Positions 1 to 7,399 of a DNA stretch of 24,000 bases are shown piece after piece. Under the pieces are notes generated by a model. The model searched no databases. It was not told the origin of the DNA and saw only the letters and a program-made list of their open reading frames with translations. Position numbers and translations under genes: made by a program. Each line of letters begins with the position of its first letter. The first letter of the stretch is position 1. Source of the DNA: Thomasclavelia sp. (GTDB taxonomy: Bacteria > Bacillota_I > Bacilli_A > Erysipelotrichales > Coprobacillaceae); NCBI GenBank assembly GCA_020025035.1, contig JAHHSU010000005.1, positions 5,886 to 29,885 of the forward strand. The letters run 5' to 3'.

Positions 1-2
1 AA

Positions 3-74
3 CAAGAAAAAAATAAACTAGAAGATTATCAAGCTAAATATGATGCATTAAAAATTAAATTAGATGCAATGTAA
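3..74 (+). CDS. 3' end of an upstream CDS of unknown function with a coiled-coil-like tail (...QEKNKLEDYQAKYDALKIKLDAM*)
   Basis: Open frame from the window edge, ending at TAA 72-74 and followed directly by a strong terminator hairpin. Too short to assign a family. Confidence 0.35.
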   Translation, partial: QEKNKLEDYQAKYDALKIKLDAM

Positions 75-107
75 AAGAACTGTAATTTGGATTACAGTTC
101 TTTTTTT
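74..107 (+). terminator. Rho-independent terminator of the upstream gene
   Basis: Perfect 13-bp stem AAAGAACTGTAAT (74-86) / ATTACAGTTCTTT (91-103), loop TTGG, then a T-run to 107. It lies inside the 5' part of the 64..1323 track ORF, which argues that ORF starts later. Confidence 0.75.
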
Positions 108-159
108 CATAGCGTTTTTAAATGAATTAGTATATAATTTACAAAGAAGAGGTGATAAA

Positions 160-1323
160 GTGAAATTACAACGTTATCATTTATTAATTATTGCTTTGAT
201 TTGCTTTATTGTTGTTTTTGTTGGAATTAATACTAAATATGATAAATTTTATCGTATTCAAGGAATGAACAATGATAATCGAATTTTAATTGAAACTTAT
301 TTAGATCATAATGCCCAGGAATATTTAATTCATAATAATATTCCAGTAGATAGTTTTATACGGTATATTGATGTTCCAGGATTTAATATTGAAAACTATG
401 AATACTATCGACAAGTAGAAATTGCAAATTGTTTACCAGGATTAGGTGAGATTATAGCTCATACAAATCGTGTAGTAGATAAATTGAAAACTGAGTCTCA
501 GAGTTCCATAAATGAGATGTTAAGTATTTTGTTGAATGATGATTTATTGATTGATTATGAAAATAGTGATAATTTTAACTTTCAATATGCAAGCATTTAC
601 AGTGTATTAAAGCCATATTATTTAAAGGATAATGAAAATTATATTGATACAATTAATGATTTAATGACATCTTTAGCTAAGTTAGGATATGAAAGTGTAG
701 AATCTAGAAAAGATATTTTGATTATACTATTTAAAAATTACAATTCTTCTCAAGTTACTGATATGGTTGATTATTCTATTAATGAAGGAAGTGTGTGCTT
801 TGTAAAAAATCCTACATCATTAGATGCATTAGTTAATGAAAAACATTATATTAGTAGTTATGTACCACATGATTTAGAAGTAATAGAGTCTATTCCACGT
901 TTGTCTTATTTTACTTATTTAAGAAGTGATGCATATATACAACTTAAATTAATGTTTGATGACTTTATGAAATATAATGAGAATGAATCAATATTAGTTG
1001 AAACTGCTTATGAAAGCTTTGATTCGTTACCTACAGATTTAGCAGGAAAAAGTGAATTACAATTAGGAAATACAGTATCATTAAAGGTAGAGGGAGTTTC
1101 AAGTGAAGAATTTAATCATACTGATTTTAAAAAATGGCTAGATGAGCATGCTTATCAATATGGATTTATTTTACGTTATCCTCCATCAATGGATAATCAG
1201 ACTGGACATTCATCTGTAAATAATATTTATCGTTACGTTGGAACAGATATTGCTGGTAAAATGCATGAATTAAATATATCTACACTTGAAGAATATGTGG
1301 AACAAGTAAAGGAGGATGTATGA
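160..1323 (+). CDS. Membrane-anchored VanY/LdcB-like (peptidase M15B fold) protein with a degenerate active site
   Basis: Track ORF 64..1323. I place the start at in-frame GTG 160, after the SD AGAGGTGA and downstream of the terminator. N-terminal TM segment LLIIALICFIVVFVGI. The C-terminus matches the M15B pattern (WLDEHAYQYGFILRYP...YRYVG), but the metal-ligand motifs read SELQLGNTVSL and NNIY instead of SxHxxGxAxD and ExxH. The stop overlaps the murI start (ATGA). Confidence 0.7.
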   Translation: MKLQRYHLLIIALICFIVVFVGINTKYDKFYRIQGMNNDNRILIETYLDHNAQEYLIHNNIPVDSFIRYIDVPGFNIENYEYYRQVEIANCLPGLGEIIAHTNRVVDKLKTESQSSINEMLSILLNDDLLIDYENSDNFNFQYASIYSVLKPYYLKDNENYIDTINDLMTSLAKLGYESVESRKDILIILFKNYNSSQVTDMVDYSINEGSVCFVKNPTSLDALVNEKHYISSYVPHDLEVIESIPRLSYFTYLRSDAYIQLKLMFDDFMKYNENESILVETAYESFDSLPTDLAGKSELQLGNTVSLKVEGVSSEEFNHTDFKKWLDEHAYQYGFILRYPPSMDNQTGHSSVNNIYRYVGTDIAGKMHELNISTLEEYVEQVKEDV

Positions 1324-2099
1324 AAACTACAATAGGAATTTTTGATTCGGGCGTAGGAGGATTGACTGTATTACATGCAATTCAAAAATCGCTTCCATAT
1401 CAAGACTTAGTATATGTTGGAGATAATGCTCATTGTCCTTATGGTGATAAAACAAAAGAGCAATTATTAGAATATGCAATAAATGTAGTAGAATATTTTA
1501 TTGGTAGAGGTATTAAAATTATTGTTTTAGCATGTAATACCACTTCAGCGAATACATTAGAAGATTTAAGAAAAAAATATCAAGATGTTTTATTTATTGG
1601 TGTGATAGATTCAACCGTACAAACTTTTTTAAAAAAAGATCTTCGCAATGTACTTGTGATTGGTACAAAAGCAACGATTGAGTCTAATAAGTATGAGCAA
1701 TTAATATTAGATTATCAAAAAGATTGTCATGTTACAAGTTTGGCTACACCTAAATTTGTACCAGCTATTGAGTCTAAGGCATCTAATCATGAAATAGAAA
1801 ATATTGCATATGAATATCTAAATGAGTATCAAGATAATATTGATTCTATTATATTAGGCTGTACGCATTATCCTATGATTATGGATCAAATAAAAAATGT
1901 GCTAGGGGATATATGTTATATTTCTTCTAGTGAATCTGTTAGTAAAGATATAAAATATTATTTAGAAAGCCATCATTTAATTAGTCAGCATCCAAAAAAT
2001 ATAGAAATTTATACTACAGGAAATGTAGATGATTTCGTTGAAGCGGGAAAAACATTTTATGATTTTTCAAATACAGAAGTTCAAGCACTTCATTTATAA
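1320..2099 (+). CDS. murI: Glutamate racemase
   Basis: Hallmark motifs GIFDSGVGGLTVL, the first catalytic Cys in LACNTTSA and the second in LGCTHYP. Length 259 aa is typical. Confidence 0.95.
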   Translation: MKTTIGIFDSGVGGLTVLHAIQKSLPYQDLVYVGDNAHCPYGDKTKEQLLEYAINVVEYFIGRGIKIIVLACNTTSANTLEDLRKKYQDVLFIGVIDSTVQTFLKKDLRNVLVIGTKATIESNKYEQLILDYQKDCHVTSLATPKFVPAIESKASNHEIENIAYEYLNEYQDNIDSIILGCTHYPMIMDQIKNVLGDICYISSSESVSKDIKYYLESHHLISQHPKNIEIYTTGNVDDFVEAGKTFYDFSNTEVQALHL

Positions 2100-2254
2100 A
2101 GTTCTATTTACTAATTTAGAATAGAGGTAAATTGGATTGTATTTAAAATATTAGAATAAGTCTCTTGCTTGAAGTAATTTGAAGTAGATAGTAGGTTACT
2201 AATTTATTTTCTCTTGTTAATTTTTTAGATAAAAGAAAAGAGCTATCAAGGAAT

Positions 2255-2305
2255 AGCAGAAAAGTTTTCCACTGGAAAATACTCTGCTCTTGAAGGCTTT
2301 TTTTT
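2255..2305 (+). terminator. Probable terminator structure downstream of murI
   Basis: Imperfect hairpin AGCAGAAAAGTTTTCCA / TGGAAAATACTCTGCT, followed about 9 nt later by a T8 run (2298-2305). The gap between stem and T-run is not ideal. Confidence 0.4.
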
Positions 2306-2488
2306 GTGCATTTTTAAATGATCATTTATATACGTATTTATTTTAGAAAATCTATAAGACTTATTATTTTTTAAAATAAATATGCAAGAAGTATTACCAT
2401 AGTTGTTATATAATTAAAAATCTTCATAAAATCTTTAAAATTAGTTGTTAACCTATGTTTAGAAAATAAGTGAAAGGAAATAAATACA

Positions 2489-3190
2489 ATGGAAATGATT
2501 TTGAAAACAACTAATCTTTGTAAAACATTTAAAGGTCATATGGCTGTAAATAGCGTATCGCTAAATATTGAGCGAAATTCGGTTTATGGATTACTTGGTC
2601 CAAATGGAGCTGGTAAATCTACTATTTTAAAGATGATTACCGGTATTTTAAAACCTACTTCAGGGACGATTTTATTTGATGATCATCCATGGGTGAGAAA
2701 TGATTTAAATCATATAGGTGCGTTAATTGAAATACCGCCACTTTATGAGAACTTAACCGCACATGAAAATCTAAAGGTGCGTACGACACTTCTTGGACTT
2801 GAGGATAGTAGAATTGATGAAGTTTTAGAAACCGTACGTCTAGGCAATACTGGTAAAAAACTAGTTGGTCAGTTTTCACTTGGTATGAAGCAACGTCTTG
2901 GGATTGCAATCGCATTATTGAATAATCCACAACTTTTGATTCTAGATGAACCTACTAATGGACTTGATCCTGTAGGTATTGAAGAGCTTCGAGAATTAAT
3001 TCGCTCTTTTCCATCAAAGGGTATTACTGTGATTCTTTCAAGTCATATTCTTTTAGAGGTACAGCAGATGGCTGATCACATTGGAATTATTTCAGGGGGT
3101 GTTCTAGAATATGAAGGTGAGCTTCATGAAAATCAAAATTTGGAACAGTTATTTATGGATGTTGTAAAAAATAATTACAAGGAGGGGTAA
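2489..3190 (+). CDS. Lantibiotic-protection-type ABC transporter, ATP-binding subunit (LanF/MutF/CprA-like)
   Basis: Walker A GPNGAGKST, signature FSLGMKQR, Walker B LLILDEPTNGLD, H-loop SSHIL. Glu replaces Gln at the Q-loop position (HIGALIEIPPLY), the E-loop described for LanF immunity ATPases. Two LanE/LanG-type permease genes follow. Confidence 0.88.
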   Translation: MEMILKTTNLCKTFKGHMAVNSVSLNIERNSVYGLLGPNGAGKSTILKMITGILKPTSGTILFDDHPWVRNDLNHIGALIEIPPLYENLTAHENLKVRTTLLGLEDSRIDEVLETVRLGNTGKKLVGQFSLGMKQRLGIAIALLNNPQLLILDEPTNGLDPVGIEELRELIRSFPSKGITVILSSHILLEVQQMADHIGIISGGVLEYEGELHENQNLEQLFMDVVKNNYKEG

Positions 3191-3193
3191 GCA

Positions 3194-3916
3194 ATGAATT
3201 ATCTTAAATCAGAACATCTTAAGTTTAAAAGGACAATTTTTAATAAGTTGCTTTGGATTGCTCCTTTATTTGTCACTGTTTTTGCATGGATTATAGGTGG
3301 TTTTTCTGGCTTTATGTATATGTCTTTTTACTGGTGGTATGCATTTATTCTTCCAGGAACAATTGCTATTTTATGTGTTTTTTCGCATTTAAAGGAAGAT
3401 AAGGCTGGAAAGTACTATTCTATTTTTTCTATACCAATAGATTTGGTAAAATTTGAAATGGCAAAATCTGTTTTAATCATTGAAAAACTTGTAATCGCTG
3501 CATTATTTTTAGCAACTTTTGTTTCTATTAGTAATGTTATTTCTCCAGCACTTGCAGTTTATAATATTGGGGTAAGTGTTCTTGGAAGTGTTGCAATTGT
3601 ACTTGCATCTATTTGGCAAATCCCATTGTGCTTATTTTTGGCTCAAACAATTGGAATGACTTTACCTATTTATTTAAATACAATTTTAGGTATTCTTTTT
3701 CCTATTGTATTAAAAGAATCTATTTTTGTATGGCTTTGCCCTTATTGCTGGACTGCAAAATTAGCAGAATCTTTAATGGGAATTGAAATCAGTGGAGTTT
3801 ATAAAGGAAATTCTCACTTTTCAATCTCAATTATTGCAGTTTTAGTTGCCTCTTTTTTCTTATTTATGATATTTTCTTTTTTTGATGCTAAAAATTTTCA
3901 AAAAGGAGGAAACTAA
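3194..3916 (+). CDS. Lantibiotic immunity ABC permease, MutE/EpiE-like (six predicted TM segments)
   Basis: SD GGAGGGG before ATG 3194. The N-terminus MNYLKSEHLKFKRT... is typical of the LanE/ABC-2 family. Polytopic hydrophobic protein, 3 nt downstream of the ATPase gene. Confidence 0.78.
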   Translation: MNYLKSEHLKFKRTIFNKLLWIAPLFVTVFAWIIGGFSGFMYMSFYWWYAFILPGTIAILCVFSHLKEDKAGKYYSIFSIPIDLVKFEMAKSVLIIEKLVIAALFLATFVSISNVISPALAVYNIGVSVLGSVAIVLASIWQIPLCLFLAQTIGMTLPIYLNTILGILFPIVLKESIFVWLCPYCWTAKLAESLMGIEISGVYKGNSHFSISIIAVLVASFFLFMIFSFFDAKNFQKGGN

Positions 3917-3918
3917 AA

Positions 3919-4635
3919 ATGAGATTGCTGAATGGAATACGTTTAGAGCTATTAAAATTTAAACATACGCCTTTAATAATTATTCATATGATATTTCCAA
4001 TCATTGGTGCATGCTTATTTACAGTCTACTTCTTCTGTTATAAAAACGTGTCCTCAATTAATAGGATTGACCTTATTTTAGAACTTACAGCTACTGTATT
4101 TCCACTACTAATTAGTATTATTGTAGGATTAAATGTTTTACTAGAAGAAAAAGCATCCCACTTTCAGCCCTTACTAATAGTTCCTTATCGTGGAAAATTA
4201 TTTTTTGTAAAACTATTAACACTCTTTTTTTCAGGTGTGTTTTCACTCATTCTGTTATTTACGTTGTTTCTTTTAGGAACACTATTAACTAGGCAGATAG
4301 GAACTGTTCCAATCTTATTTCTTTTACAATCTGTATTTGGACTTGCAATTTGGAATTTTGTAATCTATACGCTACACTTATTTTTAAGCTTTAAATTTGG
4401 TCTTACAAGTTCTCTTTTTTGGGGTGTGTTTGAAAGCTTACAGTGTATCTTATTTAGTAATATTGAGTTGCAAGGTGCAACGCGCCTTATTCCTTTTGCC
4501 TGGTCTGTAGACTGGATACACGATAGTATGAATAAAACGATATCAAATCATATTGTAATTTGGGTTGTAGCAATTGCTCTTACAATTATTTTTGCAGCCA
4601 TAACCATTCAATGGTTTATACATTGGGAAGGATAA
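3919..4635 (+). CDS. Lantibiotic immunity ABC permease, MutG/EpiG-like
   Basis: SD AGGAGGA before ATG 3919. N-terminus MRLLNGIRLELLKFKHTP... and a polytopic hydrophobic profile. Paralogous in style to the preceding permease. Confidence 0.78.
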   Translation: MRLLNGIRLELLKFKHTPLIIIHMIFPIIGACLFTVYFFCYKNVSSINRIDLILELTATVFPLLISIIVGLNVLLEEKASHFQPLLIVPYRGKLFFVKLLTLFFSGVFSLILLFTLFLLGTLLTRQIGTVPILFLLQSVFGLAIWNFVIYTLHLFLSFKFGLTSSLFWGVFESLQCILFSNIELQGATRLIPFAWSVDWIHDSMNKTISNHIVIWVVAIALTIIFAAITIQWFIHWEG

Positions 4636-4865
4636 ATAAACTATAAGCAAAAATATACTAATAAGTACATTGCAAATATCATTATTTTTACAGGGGTATA
4701 TGTTTCTTTGTAAAATAAGATGATTGAATTTCTTGTAGATTATATTCCATACTATTTAAATATTGAAGATGTTATAACATGAATCATCATTATAAAATTC
4801 TAAATGATATTGTTTAAACATTAGGGGCATAGACCATGTATAAACGTTATAACATCGAATCAGTA

Positions 4866-4874
4866 TGTTATAAT
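4866..4874 (+). promoter_or_regulatory. Extended -10 element (TGTTATAAT) upstream of the response-regulator gene
   Basis: TGnTATAAT match about 34 nt upstream of ATG 4908. The -35 is weak (GTTATA at 17-nt spacing). It is embedded in an inverted repeat (see findings). Confidence 0.4.
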
Positions 4875-4907
4875 ACGTTTATGATTTTATCGAAAGGAGG
4901 AGGTAAA

Positions 4908-5567
4908 ATGGCTTTGATACTTGTAGTAGATGATGATGTTTCAATTTTACAGCTTATTAAAAATGGACTATCCAAAGACGGACATATTGTTTCAACATAT
5001 ACCTGTGCAAATCATGTTCCACTAGACAAACTTGTTCAATATGATTTGATTATTTTAGATGTTATGATGTCAGGAATAAATGGCTTTTCATATTGCAAGA
5101 AAATTCGCTTACTAGTAGACTGTCCAATTATGTTTTTAACAGCAAAGACAATGGAAAATGATATAACATATGGTTTTGGAGTAGGAGCAGATGATTATTT
5201 AACTAAGCCATTTAGAATTTTGGAACTAAGGGCTAGAGTCAATGCCCATTTACGCAGAGAAAAGCGTGATAAACATCATGCTCTTATCCTTGATAATATT
5301 AAAATAGACTTATCTGTAAAAGAAGTAAAGGTCGATGGTATGATAGTTACTTTTACTAAAAGTGAATATTTGATTTGCGAATACCTTGCTTTAAATAAAG
5401 GTCAGGTGTTTACAAAGGAACAAATCTATGAAGCTGTATTTAGTTTGGATGGAGAGAGTGATAATTCTACTATTTCAACACATATCAAAAATATACGTGC
5501 AAAACTAAATACGTTTGGAGTACAGCCAATTACAACAGTATGGGGGATGGGATATAAATGGGAATAA
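4908..5567 (+). CDS. OmpR-family response regulator (LanR/CprR-like)
   Basis: Track ORF 4836..5567. I choose ATG 4908 after the SD AAAGGAGGAGGT, which gives the canonical MALILVVDDD receiver N-terminus. Phospho-acceptor context IILDVMM, then LTAKT. C-terminal winged helix (TVWGMGYKWE). Confidence 0.9.
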   Translation: MALILVVDDDVSILQLIKNGLSKDGHIVSTYTCANHVPLDKLVQYDLIILDVMMSGINGFSYCKKIRLLVDCPIMFLTAKTMENDITYGFGVGADDYLTKPFRILELRARVNAHLRREKRDKHHALILDNIKIDLSVKEVKVDGMIVTFTKSEYLICEYLALNKGQVFTKEQIYEAVFSLDGESDNSTISTHIKNIRAKLNTFGVQPITTVWGMGYKWE

Positions 5568-6865
5568 ATCAAACAAATTCTCTCAAAACAGCATTTTGGA
5601 AATTTTTGGTTGCACTGCTTTTTAGTCTTTGCATGGCTGTTTTCATTCCGTTTATGTTACTCTTGTTTGGAACTACATTTGGGATTGTTACCTATGCAAA
5701 TTATTCAGAACAAAGTGTAAAACATATTGAACCAATCATTGCATCAGCACCAGATTTATCTAAGGTACAACTTCCTGTTGGTTGTAAATATCTATTATTA
5801 GATAAAAACTATCAGCTTGTTAAAAGCAATTTGAATAAAAAAGATCTTTCTATTGCTTTAGATTATGCAGTTACTGGAAAGATGGATGGACTAGGAAATA
5901 AACAGTATTTATTTGTTACTCGTGAAAACGAATTTGTAATTCTACAATACTATATTGGCTCTAAGTTTACAGATGAATGGTTAAACAAACTTTTACCTTC
6001 ACCTGAAATTCTTTTATATATTTTAATGGGATTAAACTGTATTGCTGTATGTATTTTCCTTACAACAAGATTTTCTAAGAGTCTACGCTTACAGCTTGTT
6101 CCACTTTTTAATGCAACAAAAGAAGTATCTAGACAAAACCTTGATTTTGAGGTAGGTCATTCAAAAATTAAAGAATTTGAAGACGTACTATTGTCTTTTT
6201 CTAATATGAAAGATAGCTTAAAAAATTCTTTGAAACAACAATGGCAAACTGAACAAATGCAAAAAGAACAAATTGCATCACTAACTCATGATTTGAAAAC
6301 TCCTTTGACCATTATTCAAGGAAATATCGATTTGCTTTGTGAAACAAATTTGGATGATGAACAGAAAATGTATTCAAGATATATTATTGATGGCTCTAAA
6401 CAGATGCAAGAATACATTAAGATACTAATTGAAATTTCTAGGGCATCTACTGGATATTTACTATGTAAAAAAACCTATGATATAGAAGTATTTCTAGGTG
6501 AATTACAAGAGCATATTAAGGCAATATGTTATGTAAAGAAAAAACAGTTAGTGTTTGAATCTGTTGGTTTGCCTGATCAAATTACAATTGACAAAACGCT
6601 CTTAGAGCGGGCTGTATTAAATGTGGTAAACAATGCATTAGATTATAGTACTCAAAAGGTGATTGTAAAGATTCGATTTCAAAAAAAGAATGATACATTG
6701 GAAATTATTGTGATTGATGATGGAAAAGGTTTTTCTAAGGATGCATTGTATCATGCTAAAGAACAGTTTTATATGGAAGATAAGGGTAGAAGTAGTAAGA
6801 TGCATTTTGGTATGGGTCTTTATATTGCTAACTGCATTGCAAAGTGTCATGGTGGTAAAATATAA
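5558..6865 (+). CDS. Sensor histidine kinase (LanK/CprK-like), apparently truncated at the C-terminus by an in-frame TAA
   Basis: Start overlaps the RR stop. Two TM segments flank a roughly 110-aa extracytoplasmic loop. H-box SLTHDLKTPLT, N-box NVVNNALDYS, G1 IDDGKGF, G2 GMGLYIA...HGGKI. The stop at 6863-6865 is followed in frame by LENFTKTGGAMVTILVQSKDDLIN* (to 6940), which reads like the normal end of a HATPase_c domain. Confidence 0.85.
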   Translation: MGINQTNSLKTAFWKFLVALLFSLCMAVFIPFMLLLFGTTFGIVTYANYSEQSVKHIEPIIASAPDLSKVQLPVGCKYLLLDKNYQLVKSNLNKKDLSIALDYAVTGKMDGLGNKQYLFVTRENEFVILQYYIGSKFTDEWLNKLLPSPEILLYILMGLNCIAVCIFLTTRFSKSLRLQLVPLFNATKEVSRQNLDFEVGHSKIKEFEDVLLSFSNMKDSLKNSLKQQWQTEQMQKEQIASLTHDLKTPLTIIQGNIDLLCETNLDDEQKMYSRYIIDGSKQMQEYIKILIEISRASTGYLLCKKTYDIEVFLGELQEHIKAICYVKKKQLVFESVGLPDQITIDKTLLERAVLNVVNNALDYSTQKVIVKIRFQKKNDTLEIIVIDDGKGFSKDALYHAKEQFYMEDKGRSSKMHFGMGLYIANCIAKCHGGKI

Positions 6866-7399
6866 TTAGAGAATTTTACTAAAACTGGAGGAGCAATGGT
6901 AACTATCTTAGTGCAATCTAAAGATGATTTGATAAATTGATTATTAGTAGATATAAAAATAAGATTACTCAATTTGTTGTAAATAAGTGGTTACATAGTG
7001 CAATGATTTAGGTGATCTTTTTTGATATTATTCTTTATTGTATAGAAGGAATGAATGCTGTAACAACTAAAATATTTATTTTAGATTAAGTATTGAGATT
7101 TAAAGGTGTTTTTTATAAAATCTAAATTTTGATAATGGATTGCTAGGTTTGAATGTCTAATGGTAACAAAAATATACTACTAAGTTACAAGAAAAATGGA
7201 AAGAGATTAAAGCAAAAAGACTATTTAGAACTTACTAGAATATCTAGGGATACAAGGTATAAAGCAAATAGAATGAGGTAGACAAATAATAATAGTAGAC
7301 AAAAAAATCGTTGATAAAAATAGAAAGGAGCAGTCAAACTTTTTTGAATATACAGTATAAATATTGCTTTATACACATATGATGTGTTGAGGTGAAATA

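Noticed and set aside
64-159. N-terminal extensions offered by the ORF track: 64 for the VanY-like gene, 4836 for the RR, 12935 for lepA, 16842 for M42, 17866 for EIIA, 18209 for EIIB, 19950 for the M24B peptidase, 12418 for gerXB and 12584 for the SSB-like gene.
   Set aside because: In each case an internal ATG or GTG has a much better SD at proper spacing and yields the canonical family N-terminus. The 64-159 extension would also run through a strong terminator hairpin.
2100-2250. Possible small RNA or ORF in the 150 bp just downstream of murI, before the terminator-like structure.
   Set aside because: There is no ATG-initiated ORF on either strand. Only weak A/T-rich 5-6-bp stems are present, and there is no promoter-like element. 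The evidence is insufficient to call a feature.
2655-2930. 91-aa minus-strand ORF inside the ABC ATPase gene. The same class includes 6638..6850, 7482..7733, 8055..8252, 8252..8521, 13552..13749, 13759..13998, 17400..17609 and 18563..18781, all on the minus strand.
   Set aside because: Each lies antisense within a well-supported, motif-bearing CDS. They have low-complexity or odd composition, no SD and no recognisable family features. These are typical shadow ORFs in AT-rich DNA.
6863-6865. The idea that the TAA inside the kinase reflects an alternative genetic code or programmed readthrough.
   Set aside because: TAA, TAG and TGA all terminate other full-length, correctly sized genes in this window, for example murI, lanF and lepA. 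A simple nonsense mutation or a sequencing error is more parsimonious.
2100-7399. Search for a lantibiotic precursor or modification genes (small Cys/Ser/Thr-rich ORF, LanB/C/M/T/P) around the immunity cassette.
   Set aside because: Only very short ORFs without an SD were found in the spacers, for example MIEFLVDYIPYYLNIEDVIT and MNHHYKILNDIV near 4720-4815. Neither contains a Cys or has a leader-like sequence.
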